From IMG/VR virus record IMGVR_UViG_3300032308_001297, positions 1 through 64,000 of that record: 64,000 nt of DNA. One strand, written 5' to 3'. Positions 16,854-26,642 of the stretch are shown piece after piece (positions within the stretch are counted from its first letter, which is position 1; every line of letters begins with the position of its first letter). Source of the DNA: a virus. A program made the translations under genes and the position numbers. The notes below the pieces were generated by a model, which saw only the letters and a program-made list of their open reading frames with translations, was not told where the DNA came from and searched no databases.

Positions 16854-17739
16854 ATTCAATAATTATTTTTTAACAGAAGCTGATAAAACCACTCATGTGA
16901 CAACATTCATGAGAACTAATCCTATGACTATCGCCCATGAAGGATTGGTCAATCATGTTAGACAATTAGCGACAGACTTGGACGCTAATCATAGTATCGT
17001 TTTATCTCATACACATGATGGAGATAAAAATCCATTAACACCAGAACAAAAATTAAGACATGCCAAGATTGCATTTCCTGGAGCTAATGTTTCAACTTCT
17101 TCTGTAGATTCTCCAAGTTTAATGCATCACGCTTCAAAATTATATGCAAATGGTGTTAGAAACCTTCATTTGGTTGTTGGAGATGATAGAGTTGATCAAT
17201 TCCGAAACTTGTTGCAGAAATATAATGGTCAAGAAGGAGCGCATGGTCATTTCAATTTTGATAATATAACAGTTCATTCTGCTGGTAGAAGAGATCCTGA
17301 TGCAGAAGGTATGGAAGGCGTTTCTGGTACAAGACAAAGAGAATTTGCAAGAAATGGCGACTTCGAAGGATTCCGTGCAGGTGCACCAAGTCATATGAGT
17401 GACGCTCAAGCAATGAGTCTTTTCAACGATATTCGTAATGCCAAACCACCAGAAAAACCAGTCAAGGCAAAACCAGTAGCAAAAAAGAAACCTATTAAAG
17501 AAAGTCTCACCACAGCTTCTGCAGGAGAAATGGTTAGAGGTTTCGGAGACGTTTCTGGTAATCCAGCAGTAAATGATGCCGAAAAAGAAAAGTATGCTAC
17601 AAACAATACTTCGTCCGGTCTAGCTGACGATGAAAACAATGGCTATATATCTAAGTACCTAGAAAAAAATCAAAATAAAATTGCAAAGCAAATTGGATTC
17701 AAAGAGTTCAGTTTCAAAGACCTTAAAGGCAAAAAATAA
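16846..17739 (+). CDS. cytidylyltransferase-like (HxGH nucleotidyltransferase) phage protein
   Basis: FMRTNPMTIAH (variant of FGRFNPPTxGH), KNPL, VVGDDRV, SAGRRDPDAEG..GVSGT. Confidence 0.8.
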   Translation: MLKFNNYFLTEADKTTHVTTFMRTNPMTIAHEGLVNHVRQLATDLDANHSIVLSHTHDGDKNPLTPEQKLRHAKIAFPGANVSTSSVDSPSLMHHASKLYANGVRNLHLVVGDDRVDQFRNLLQKYNGQEGAHGHFNFDNITVHSAGRRDPDAEGMEGVSGTRQREFARNGDFEGFRAGAPSHMSDAQAMSLFNDIRNAKPPEKPVKAKPVAKKKPIKESLTTASAGEMVRGFGDVSGNPAVNDAEKEKYATNNTSSGLADDENNGYISKYLEKNQNKIAKQIGFKEFSFKDLKGKK

Positions 17740-19685
17740 TGGCAACGTGGAATTCTGGTAATAGTAGTTATCAATCTGGTAATAAAACTTTATTTGAAGT
17801 CCAGATGCTTGCTACTCCTGATGGAGTTGAAGTAAGTAATACGAATCCTTTACCAGTAACTCTTGGTAATGCAACAATTGAAATTACAGGTAGTAACGTA
17901 AATGTTACTATACCAAATACGGTTGTAGTAAACTCCACTCCAGAAAACCCAGTTCACGTTCATCTTACAGAAGTTGGAAACAGCGGACTTCTTACCGTTT
18001 CTTATATGCCAATTGGCGGTAATGTTGTTGTTACTAGTGGTAATTTAGTATTAGGATCAAATGTAACAGCTTTTATTAATAATTTTCCACTAACTCAGAA
18101 TGTATCGTTTTCTAATCAGTCAGTTAATCTAGTTGGTAATGTTTCTGGTATTACTTCTAATGTTGTAGTGTCTGTTAATAATTTTCCATCTGTTTATACT
18201 GTTTCTAATGGTTATCCAACCACTCAGAATGTATCGTTTTCTAATCAGTCAGTAACAATAACAGGTAATGTTTCTGGTATTACTTCTAATGTTACTGTAT
18301 CAGTTAATAATTGGCCAACATATCAAAACACATATATCCATCATAGCAACGGTTCAAACATAACCAATACTGATCCTCTTCCAGTTACTGCAGCTATTAC
18401 TGGCACTGTAACAGCAACACCTGTTGCTGGAGCAGTTGATGCTTTTGGAAGAATGAGAGTTTCCGAAGGATTTACTCTTGGAGATTATAAACATACTTAT
18501 GGTATTGATCCCAATTTTATAGATTCAACTGCTAATGGAGCTACAGTAACACATCAAACAAATCAAGCTGCAGCTAGATTGACAACAACAAGCAATGCTA
18601 CTTCATACGCTATACATCAAACAAAACAGTATCATAATTATATGCCTGGTAAAAGCCAGTTAATAAAAAGCACTATCAATTTTTTTGCAGCTACTGCAAA
18701 TGTAACGAAAAGAACTGGATATTTTGATAATAACAATGGTATTTTCTTCGAACAAACCGGAGATGGTACATTAGCGTTTGTGATTAGAACTGACACTTCT
18801 GGTTCTCCTTCTGATTCTCGTAGAGTAACTCAAGCGCAATGGAATCAAGACACCTGTAACACCAGTATTACTGGAACATCCACAGATGGTTCTAATTATG
18901 GCAAAGCAGGAACTTGGAATTTAGATATTACAAAAACACAAATTTTCTGGATAGATTTCCAATGGCTTGGTGTTGGTAGAGTTCGTTGTGGATTTGTTCA
19001 TGATGGTAATATGATTGTTGCTCATGAATTTTACAATTCAAATCATTTACCAACTGTTTATATGAGTAATCCTAATCTACCAGTTCGTTGTGAGATTAGA
19101 AATACTGGTGCTACTACTGGTGGTTATTTTGATCAAATCTGTTCTACTGTTATTTCAGAAGGTGGATATGTTGAAAGCGGTATTGACTGGGCTATTACAT
19201 CAGGACAAACTGCACAGTCAGTTACAACAGCAAGTAACAATTATCCTATTATAGCAATTAGATTGAAAAATACATTTAGAACATATCCAAACAGAGTTAC
19301 AGTCCGTATGGGTAATATTAATATGTACGCTGAAAATTATCCGGTATACTGGAAATTGATAAAATTAGCTGATAGTAGTTATATAACTTTGGCAAATACA
19401 ACTTGGGTTAGTGCTGATGCTGATTCCGCAGTTGAATATAATTTGTCAGGAACTGCTATTTCAGGTGGCGATGAGATGGATAATGGTCTTGTAGGATCAT
19501 CAAGTCCTGGTGGTTCTGCTAAAGGAACTGGTGTTGCTCCTGTAAATCAACCAAGTAGTGCTAAGAAAAACTTTATCGCTCAAAACATTGATTCGTCTAA
19601 TTCTGAAATATATGTGGTCGCTGCTCAAGCAATTGGCGGAACGGCTGGTGTTTGGACGGCTATTCAATGGAGAGAAATTTACTAA
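17739..19685 (+). CDS. virion structural protein
   Basis: Ser/Thr/Asn/Val-rich N-half; DAFGRMRVS, YMPGKSQ, WLGVGRVRCGF and C-terminal WREIY motifs seen in T4-like structural proteins. Confidence 0.65.
   Translation: MATWNSGNSSYQSGNKTLFEVQMLATPDGVEVSNTNPLPVTLGNATIEITGSNVNVTIPNTVVVNSTPENPVHVHLTEVGNSGLLTVSYMPIGGNVVVTSGNLVLGSNVTAFINNFPLTQNVSFSNQSVNLVGNVSGITSNVVVSVNNFPSVYTVSNGYPTTQNVSFSNQSVTITGNVSGITSNVTVSVNNWPTYQNTYIHHSNGSNITNTDPLPVTAAITGTVTATPVAGAVDAFGRMRVSEGFTLGDYKHTYGIDPNFIDSTANGATVTHQTNQAAARLTTTSNATSYAIHQTKQYHNYMPGKSQLIKSTINFFAATANVTKRTGYFDNNNGIFFEQTGDGTLAFVIRTDTSGSPSDSRRVTQAQWNQDTCNTSITGTSTDGSNYGKAGTWNLDITKTQIFWIDFQWLGVGRVRCGFVHDGNMIVAHEFYNSNHLPTVYMSNPNLPVRCEIRNTGATTGGYFDQICSTVISEGGYVESGIDWAITSGQTAQSVTTASNNYPIIAIRLKNTFRTYPNRVTVRMGNINMYAENYPVYWKLIKLADSSYITLANTTWVSADADSAVEYNLSGTAISGGDEMDNGLVGSSSPGGSAKGTGVAPVNQPSSAKKNFIAQNIDSSNSEIYVVAAQAIGGTAGVWTAIQWREIY
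18083..18317 (+). repeat. intragenic tandem duplication (period about 129 nt / 43 aa)
   Basis: ACTCAGAATGTATCGTTTTCTAATCAGTCAGT at 18093 and 18222; GGTAATGTTTCTGGTATTACTTCTAATGTT also repeated. Confidence 0.85.
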
Positions 19686-19687
19686 AA

Positions 19688-19695
19688 ACTAAATA
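19688..19695 (+). promoter_or_regulatory. T4-type late promoter variant
   Basis: ACTAAATA in an intergenic position. Confidence 0.55.
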
Positions 19696-19759
19696 GAAAG
19701 TCAGTGCGATAAGGCTATGGGCAGACTCGCATATATAGGAAAACCCAAGGGAAACTCCG

Positions 19760-20842
19760 ATGAAAAAATATTCTACTTTTGGAACTCAGCTAGGCGAGTC
19801 TGTCCAACTCACTGACAAAGCCAAACTTTCTCTATACAAAAAATCCCAAAATTCAGGCATCTCGACCGATATTCTTGAAGAAGTGTATCGTAGAGGTTAT
19901 CGTTGCTGGACCGAAGCGTTCGGTGGGACTCCAGAACAATTCGCATTCGACAGAGTTAATTCATTTATTGCTGATGGATTTGCTGCACAACTCGATGAAG
20001 ACCTTAAAAAGGCGTGTTGGAAGGGCTACGAAGCCATTGGTATGAAGAAAAAGAATGGCAAGACCGTTCCTAATTGCGTTCCAGTCAAAGAACAGTTGAA
20101 CGCTCCACTTCCACCAATCGAAAAGATTGCTAAGAAATTCGATAAGCCAGTTGATACTATCAAAGATGTAATCAAAACTGGTTCTAAAGTTGAAAAAGAA
20201 CACACCAAAAATCAAAAAACAGCCGAGAAAATTGCTAAGGCGCATGTTAATGAACGCCCAGATTATTACAAGAAACTCGATAAGGCTGGATTAGAAGAGC
20301 AGGAAGAAGCTCGTTCAAAAAATTCTGATAAACCATCATCAAGATTTATTGGTTCTGATGAGTTAGTAACAATTTATAAGTCACAGACTCCAGGTCAAAT
20401 CATTAAAAAAGTTGTTAAAGAGAATTTAGAAGAAGCAACTTATAAGGGTAAAACTGTCCCTCTTAACAAACCAATGAAGGGCGATGTTAAGAAGTCAAAA
20501 GTATTCGTTGATCCTGATGGCGACGGTAAAGCCAAGAAAGTAAACTTCGGCGACAAAAGCCTCTCAATTAAAAAGCATATTCCTGCTCGTAAAAAATCAT
20601 ATTGTGCTAGATCAGGCGGTCAGGGCAATTTAACAGATAAATCAAGCGCCAATTATTGGTCAAGACGTGCATGGAACTGCGAAGAGACAGAAGTAAATGA
20701 ACTTTCTGTTCCAGCAGGAACAACAGGGAAAAGAAAAGAAGTTTCTACTCCGATGGTAGCAATTCGTATGGCTTCTGGTAAAATTGAAAAACATCCACCT
20801 GGAAAGAGCGGTAGCTCTGGCGGTGGCGGAGATGAAGAATAA
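19760..20842 (+). CDS. modular head-associated protein
   Basis: LEEVYRRG..FDRVNSF, CWKGY..KTVPNCVP, VEKEHT..HVNERPDYY, KKVNFGD..SYCAR..ANYWS modules separated by LEE-type cleavage sites. Confidence 0.65.
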   Translation: MKKYSTFGTQLGESVQLTDKAKLSLYKKSQNSGISTDILEEVYRRGYRCWTEAFGGTPEQFAFDRVNSFIADGFAAQLDEDLKKACWKGYEAIGMKKKNGKTVPNCVPVKEQLNAPLPPIEKIAKKFDKPVDTIKDVIKTGSKVEKEHTKNQKTAEKIAKAHVNERPDYYKKLDKAGLEEQEEARSKNSDKPSSRFIGSDELVTIYKSQTPGQIIKKVVKENLEEATYKGKTVPLNKPMKGDVKKSKVFVDPDGDGKAKKVNFGDKSLSIKKHIPARKKSYCARSGGQGNLTDKSSANYWSRRAWNCEETEVNELSVPAGTTGKRKEVSTPMVAIRMASGKIEKHPPGKSGSSGGGGDEE

Positions 20843-21288
20843 TGTTCCCTATACTTGAACCATCTGACGCTTTAAAAGTTGCATTAGCTGACAGCTACGT
20901 TTTTGCAGTCAAAACACAACATTTTCATTGGAATGTAACAGGTCCGCATTTTTCCGAATATCATAAATTCTTCGGCTCTGTATACGAAGAAGTAAATGAT
21001 GGGATTGATGTTATTGCAGAAGCAATCAGAACTCTTGGTATGTTTTCTCCAGGTTCTATGAAAAGATTTTTAGATTTAACTACTATTGAAGAAGCAACTA
21101 ATATTCCTGATGGTCTAGTTATGCTTAGTAAACTAGCTGCTGATAACGAAAGAGTTATTGCTTCTCTCAGACTTGCTTATGAAATTTGCGAAAAGCATAA
21201 GCATTTTGGGATTTCAAACGTAATACAAGATCGCATCACTGCTCATGAGAAACATGGCTGGATGCTAAGATCGTTCGTAAAGGCATAA
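20842..21288 (+). CDS. dps: Dps family ferritin-like DNA protection protein
   Basis: HFHWNVTGPHFSEYH, DVIAEAIR, HEKHGWML. Confidence 0.92.
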   Translation: MFPILEPSDALKVALADSYVFAVKTQHFHWNVTGPHFSEYHKFFGSVYEEVNDGIDVIAEAIRTLGMFSPGSMKRFLDLTTIEEATNIPDGLVMLSKLAADNERVIASLRLAYEICEKHKHFGISNVIQDRITAHEKHGWMLRSFVKA

Positions 21289-21291
21289 CAA

Positions 21292-22611
21292 ATGAAAAGT
21301 TTAGAACATCTTATCAGAGAGATTCAAGAAGGTAAAATCGAAAAGACTGAAAAGAAAAGTCTTGAAGGTTCTATCAGAAACATCATGAGTAAAGAGTCAT
21401 CATATGCTGCTAAGGATAGCAAGCCAGTTGATGAACATTGCGGATGCGAAGACGAAAAGAAAAAGAAGAAAGTAAGCAAGGAAGATGGCGATAAACTTCC
21501 TGGCGCTGAAGATAAGATGGACGAAGCTATTGGCGCTCTTGGTACAGATAAGTATCAAGGAACAGAATTTAAATCAATCAGAACAGCAACTCCGCATATT
21601 CAGCCTCCAAAGGGCGATGAAACACATTCACAAGCACCAGAAAATGCTTCACGTTTAAGAAGTATTGCTAAAGAAAAACAAGGTATTAATAGAGTTACTG
21701 AAGAGTTAGTTGACGAACAAGCAGTTCCTAAATTTTTACCAATTCCAAAATTTACACCAAAAGCTGGTGCAGCGCCAAAAATTAAACCTGTAGAACCAGA
21801 GCCAGTATTACCGGAACCACCACCGATTGAACCAGTGAAACCTGGAAAGGACGTTCCAAGGCCAGATCAAAAACCTGCTAACGATCCAGCACCTGCTCCG
21901 AAACCATCAGAACCAAAACCTGCTAATGATCCTGGAAAACCAGCAACTAAACCTGCTGAAAAACCAACAACAAAACCACAACCAGTAGAGCAACCATCAC
22001 CAGCACCTGCTACTAAACCACAAGTAGCACCAGCACCTGCCATCAAACCACAAGTGGCTCCTGCGCCAGAGTTAGCTCCTGCACCTGCTACTAAACCACA
22101 ACTAGCACCTGCTCCTGCTCCTGCAACCGCTGCAGCACTTGCTCCTGCCCAAGCACCTGCTCAGGGTCCGCAAAGAAAACAAGATCAGACCCCTAAAGAT
22201 AAATGGAAATTTCCTAAAATTTCTTTACCAAGCGCAGACTCTCCTGATATTCCAGGTAAACCACATATACAGGCGCCATGGAGAGTTGAGAAACATTATC
22301 GTCACAGACATTTTAAAGAGAGCACTGAGCAAAGAAAACAAATTGAAGATATGCCACGTAAAGATGCAGGAGAACGTCCTGCTTATGTTGGTAGACCTTC
22401 TGATGATCCAAAAACTGCAGCAGAAAAAACATCAAGACAAGCACAATATAAAATTAAAGTGATTGATGAATCAAAGAAACTTGCATCAATTATAAAGAAA
22501 ACTACTAAAGAATACGAGAGCGGTGGTAAACCTAAAGTATTTGATCGTGGTGAGGATGTTATTGTCATAAACCCTGATCTTAATAAAAATAGTTTAGACA
22601 CGAAACAATAA
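21292..22611 (+). CDS. Pro/Ala/Lys-rich putative internal head protein
   Basis: MKSLEHLIRE N-terminus; long low-complexity PAP/KP region. Confidence 0.6.
   Translation: MKSLEHLIREIQEGKIEKTEKKSLEGSIRNIMSKESSYAAKDSKPVDEHCGCEDEKKKKKVSKEDGDKLPGAEDKMDEAIGALGTDKYQGTEFKSIRTATPHIQPPKGDETHSQAPENASRLRSIAKEKQGINRVTEELVDEQAVPKFLPIPKFTPKAGAAPKIKPVEPEPVLPEPPPIEPVKPGKDVPRPDQKPANDPAPAPKPSEPKPANDPGKPATKPAEKPTTKPQPVEQPSPAPATKPQVAPAPAIKPQVAPAPELAPAPATKPQLAPAPAPATAAALAPAQAPAQGPQRKQDQTPKDKWKFPKISLPSADSPDIPGKPHIQAPWRVEKHYRHRHFKESTEQRKQIEDMPRKDAGERPAYVGRPSDDPKTAAEKTSRQAQYKIKVIDESKKLASIIKKTTKEYESGGKPKVFDRGEDVIVINPDLNKNSLDTKQ
22000..22130 (+). repeat. degenerate 30-nt coding repeats (APATKPQVAP)
   Basis: GCACCTGCTACTAAACCACAA-like units occur three times. 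Confidence 0.7.
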
Positions 22612-22639
22612 AAATAAATAGTTAAAACAGGGGAAACAA

Positions 22640-24703
22640 ATGTCCGATAAACCTAAAACAATACAAGAAGCTCTTGCTGAAATTCAACGTAAAGTTAACG
22701 AAGAAAGAGCAAAAAAAGTTGCTGAGATGTATTCATCTTTGGACGAAGCTATGCCTGAAATTAAAGTTGGGGGCAAAAACCTTCAAACCAAAGCTGTGAC
22801 TCCTAAGAATAAAGCACAAGATTATATTGCCAATAAGGAAGGAACTAAGATTCCACCTGCAGAGAATCAAAATCTTCCTGGTTCTCCACCAAAACTATCA
22901 AAACCAGCAACTGTTACTGATTTAACAAAATCTTCTGGTACAACAGCAAAAACCATAGGCAAACTTGGGGCTGCTGCTTCTATTGCCGGAAATGCAGGTC
23001 TCGGAGCAGCTGCTATTGGCGGTATGGCTTCAGGAGCTCTTGGGTATTTAGGAACACAAACACAAACAGGTCGTGATGTCGGTAAATGGATTGGTGACAA
23101 TGTTCCTGGCGCTAAAACAGCTGCTGAATATATGAGACAAGCTGGCGAAGCTATTGGTGTTAGAGAACCAAGACAAACAAAACCAGCAGAAACACCAAAG
23201 CCAACCGAACTTCCTAAAATTGATGTGCCTGCAAAACAAACAACACCTGCTCCAAAACCAGCAGCACCAAAGGCAGAAACTCCCTCTTCTTTTGGCGCAG
23301 CATTCAAAGCTGCTAGAGAAAAAGCAACAGAGTTAGGTAAACCTTCAACAGGACAGTTTGAATATAAGGGCAAACAATATCAGACAAATATTCAAGGCAA
23401 AGGCACACCAAAAGCGCCTGAAGAAAAATACGTTCCTATGACACAACAGACCAAAGTTGATAATGTTTCAACTAAACCTGTTTCAACCACTACATCTAAA
23501 CCAGAGACAACCGCTACTACTACACCAAAATCAGAAACCCCAACTACTACAGCATCAAAACCTTCTGAAACTCCTATCAAGGATTTCGTAAAGAATGCGA
23601 TGACAGGTAATTACGAAACACCAATTAAAGATGCACTTAAATCAAAAACACAACCAGAATACGAATCCGGAGGAAAGAAAAAGAAAATGTCAGAAGAATC
23701 AAATCCATTAATTGCTGCTTTTTTAAAGTTGCAATCAGAAAACTCACAGAATATGTTCGAAGCTGCTAAGAAGGCTAAAAAAGATCACGACGGCGACGGT
23801 AAGATTGAGTCCGAGAAAGATGAAGTTTGGGGTTCACGTTTTGCTGCTGCTAAAAGAGCAGGCAAAATGGAAGAAGCTAACATTGATCCTGTAATCACTG
23901 GCTCAAGTTCAGTTACAAAGAGCAAAACAGGTTATGTTGATCCATCAACACCAAAGGTTCCTTATTCAGAACTTCCAAAGCCAGGTAATGCTGCTGGTGA
24001 TGTTCTTTCAAAGGCAAAGAATGCTCTTGATAAGACAGGCGTTAAAGAAGAAGATGAATCTTTATTCTCAGAAGCAGAACTAGAGCATTTTAAATCGGTT
24101 TTTAATGAAGCCTCTGTAGCTCCAAATAGACCAGAAGTCGCAGCAGAGGCAAGACCAGATTCAGTTAAAGATGGTGTTTCTGCAAATAGTGGCGACACCG
24201 CAACTGAAAGTGGCAAGAAAAAGATTAAAGAAGAATCAGACGCTGCTGATGAAACAAACATGGCTAAGACTCAACTCAAAGCTATGTCATCAAAGGCAAT
24301 GAATCTTCATTCTAAATTAAAAACTTCTAAAAATCTACCAGCTTGGGTTCAGAGTAAATTAGCTGTTGCAAAAGATGGCGTTACAGCTGTTGATGATTAT
24401 ATGACCCATAGCGATAAGATTAAAGAAGAAACTCTTGAAGAAGGTCGTCCAAGAAAGAATCCAGTTGCTTCTGAAGAGGAATCACCAGTTAAGAATATTG
24501 CCGCTCAGGTTAGAACTGCTCGTTCAGTAACTAATGATGGTGGTAAGTCTTACCATATTCCTTTAAAGCATCCAGTTTCTGGAAAAGTTCATCATGTTCC
24601 TCAGAAAGCAGTTGATGATTTTAATAAGTCATACGCTGCTGCAAGAAAAGCTGACGAAAAAGAAGCAGTCGAAACTGCTTTCAAAGCTAAACATATGAGC
24701 TAA
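22640..24703 (+). CDS. large putative internal head/virion protein
   Basis: AATAAATA upstream; DHDGDGKIES, MAKTQL..LPAWVQSKL modules; many xxEE sites. Confidence 0.6.
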   Translation: MSDKPKTIQEALAEIQRKVNEERAKKVAEMYSSLDEAMPEIKVGGKNLQTKAVTPKNKAQDYIANKEGTKIPPAENQNLPGSPPKLSKPATVTDLTKSSGTTAKTIGKLGAAASIAGNAGLGAAAIGGMASGALGYLGTQTQTGRDVGKWIGDNVPGAKTAAEYMRQAGEAIGVREPRQTKPAETPKPTELPKIDVPAKQTTPAPKPAAPKAETPSSFGAAFKAAREKATELGKPSTGQFEYKGKQYQTNIQGKGTPKAPEEKYVPMTQQTKVDNVSTKPVSTTTSKPETTATTTPKSETPTTTASKPSETPIKDFVKNAMTGNYETPIKDALKSKTQPEYESGGKKKKMSEESNPLIAAFLKLQSENSQNMFEAAKKAKKDHDGDGKIESEKDEVWGSRFAAAKRAGKMEEANIDPVITGSSSVTKSKTGYVDPSTPKVPYSELPKPGNAAGDVLSKAKNALDKTGVKEEDESLFSEAELEHFKSVFNEASVAPNRPEVAAEARPDSVKDGVSANSGDTATESGKKKIKEESDAADETNMAKTQLKAMSSKAMNLHSKLKTSKNLPAWVQSKLAVAKDGVTAVDDYMTHSDKIKEETLEEGRPRKNPVASEEESPVKNIAAQVRTARSVTNDGGKSYHIPLKHPVSGKVHHVPQKAVDDFNKSYAAARKADEKEAVETAFKAKHMS

Positions 24704-24705
24704 TA

Positions 24706-24945
24706 ATGGGAATTATTGCAAAAAATATTATTATAGGTAATGTTAAAGTGGTGGAGGAAATCCCTCCGCCACCAAAACCTATTACTGTTTTTGAAAAAAT
24801 TAGATCAGAACAAAATATAGTAAAACAAAAACCTGTTGTAGAACCGCCAGTAGAAAAATATCATCATGTTAAAGATGGCGAACTACACAAAATGTATAAC
24901 AAAAAATCAACATATCTTTCAGATATGGCGGCTTTCGAAAATTAA
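24706..24945 (+). CDS. hypothetical protein
   Basis: 79-aa ORF in the late operon. Confidence 0.55.
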   Translation: MGIIAKNIIIGNVKVVEEIPPPPKPITVFEKIRSEQNIVKQKPVVEPPVEKYHHVKDGELHKMYNKKSTYLSDMAAFEN

Positions 24946-24977
24946 TAAATAGAATAAATTCTTTAGGAGGATAACAA

Positions 24978-25964
24978 ATGCCATTATGGGGTAGAAACGA
25001 TCAGTCAGTAACTGCTAATAGCACTACTACTGTAGAATCATCAAACGGCGCACCAATCGGTACTTACGCTCTTGTAAAGGGTGATCAGGTAAACCGTGTT
25101 GATGGCGCAAACGCACACTTCGGTAATACTTCAGCAGGTTCACGTGCTGGCGTTGATGTCAACATGTTCGCCAATACCACTATTGGTGGATTTATTCCAA
25201 ACGCTGCAAAAGGTGTTTTTGGTCTAGATGCAGCTGAAATGTCTGTTACAACTGGTTCAACAAACGGTATTTACCGTGTTGCTACTGGTGGTTCTGGATA
25301 TGGCGCTAACGCTGCTGTAACTTTAACTTTCGCTAATGCATATACTAACGTATCGGTTTCGAATTCAACTATTAACACTACAAGCAATGCTGGTCGTGTT
25401 ACATCTATTCAGGCCAACGGTTCAATCACTGGTATCAACGAAGTTCCAGTTCTAACTATTGCTGCTCCTGCTGCAATTAACATTACAGCTAATACTACTG
25501 GCGTAAGCAATACAACTGACACCATTTTAGTTGCTACTGCTAACTCTAAGTGGCAGGTTGGTGATAGACTTTATTACACTGTTCCAGCTGGCAACACTGC
25601 CATCACTGGTCTAACTGGTAATAGCTATTACTACGTAACATTCGTCAATACAACTGCTCTAGCAGTTTCAAACACTGCTGGTGGCGCAAACGCTAATATT
25701 GCTGAAACCAGAATTGGCGCTGGCGAAGTTCATACTATCACTGGTGACACTGCTACTGGTTACTTAATTCCAACTGGAGCGAAACGTAGAGGTGCTGCTC
25801 ACGCTGGTTGGGTTCTAAGAACCGAAGGAACTGGCGGACGTGCTGGTCGTGTTCAGTATGAAGTTCTAGTTGCTATGGGTTCACTAGGCGCTCAGACAGC
25901 TGCTTATGGAACTCCAGCTAACGTAGCTGACAACGCTGACGATAATATTTTCCACGATTCTTGA
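24978..25964 (+). CDS. virion structural protein
   Basis: MPLWG N-terminus and HAGWVLRTEGTGGRAGRVQYEVLVAM C-terminus; AATAAATA and strong AGGAGG SD. Confidence 0.7.
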   Translation: MPLWGRNDQSVTANSTTTVESSNGAPIGTYALVKGDQVNRVDGANAHFGNTSAGSRAGVDVNMFANTTIGGFIPNAAKGVFGLDAAEMSVTTGSTNGIYRVATGGSGYGANAAVTLTFANAYTNVSVSNSTINTTSNAGRVTSIQANGSITGINEVPVLTIAAPAAINITANTTGVSNTTDTILVATANSKWQVGDRLYYTVPAGNTAITGLTGNSYYYVTFVNTTALAVSNTAGGANANIAETRIGAGEVHTITGDTATGYLIPTGAKRRGAAHAGWVLRTEGTGGRAGRVQYEVLVAMGSLGAQTAAYGTPANVADNADDNIFHDS

Positions 25965-25977
25965 TAGGTATTTTTAA

Positions 25978-26253
25978 ATGACAGATAACAGCAAAAAGGT
26001 TTCAGAATTACCAACAGCTGCTAACATTGCTGCTACTGATAGGCTTTTGATCCTCCGTAGCCCATCAAGTAGCCCATCTGTTAGAACTATTAACGTGAGT
26101 ACTTTTGCTGCTAATCTGCAATTATCGACATCAGTTCCAGCTAATTCTTCTTCTACAGGATTAGCTGGAACCGTAGCTTATGATGCAAATTATCTCTATG
26201 TTTGTGTTGGAACTAACTCGTGGAAAAGGACTGCTCTTAGCACTTGGCCATAA
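25978..26253 (+). CDS. small virion protein
   Basis: KKVSELPTA N-terminus; GTVAYDANYLYVCVGTNSWKR C-terminal motif. Confidence 0.6.
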   Translation: MTDNSKKVSELPTAANIAATDRLLILRSPSSSPSVRTINVSTFAANLQLSTSVPANSSSTGLAGTVAYDANYLYVCVGTNSWKRTALSTWP

Positions 26254-26642
26254 TGAATGATTTATTAAATGATAAAAATTTTTTGATATATTGTGCTTCT
26301 CATTATGATAATGCAAGATATATTTCTACAGAAGATTTTTTTGAAGATCTGAATAGAATTAAATATATTAAAAAACTTATTACTAGATATATTGAAAATG
26401 GTGAATTAAAAGAACGTTTGATACTTAATCATATCATCGTATTGAATAATTGTTTTGGGGCGGATGTTTGTTGTAAAATATTATATTTTAAATTGAAATC
26501 ACAGATGAAATATATTAAACCTTTTTTGGTATTGCTTAATATTTTACCAGAAAGACTACTAAACGTTGGTAATGAAAAAGTTGTTGATACTGATTTAATT
26601 GATATGGATCAGGAAATTGTAGCAAAGTTAAGGAAAGTTTAA
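26253..26642 (+). CDS. conserved T4-like phage protein
   Basis: EDLNRIKYIKKL..ELKERLILNHII motif. Confidence 0.75.
   Translation: MNDLLNDKNFLIYCASHYDNARYISTEDFFEDLNRIKYIKKLITRYIENGELKERLILNHIIVLNNCFGADVCCKILYFKLKSQMKYIKPFLVLLNILPERLLNVGNEKVVDTDLIDMDQEIVAKLRKV

Noticed and set aside
18083-22130. Tandem repeats as a CRISPR array or DGR template/variable repeat
   Set aside because: The repeats are in-frame coding duplications without unique spacers or adenine-specific mismatches, and no reverse transcriptase is present in the window.
22867-23373. 168-aa antisense ORF and other shadow ORFs (e.g. 219..437, 3181..3423, 12180..12551, 34561..35016, 51707..52249, 59516..59950)
   Set aside because: They lie within or opposite well-supported genes, lack motifs or SDs, and are explained by low-complexity or biased codon usage.
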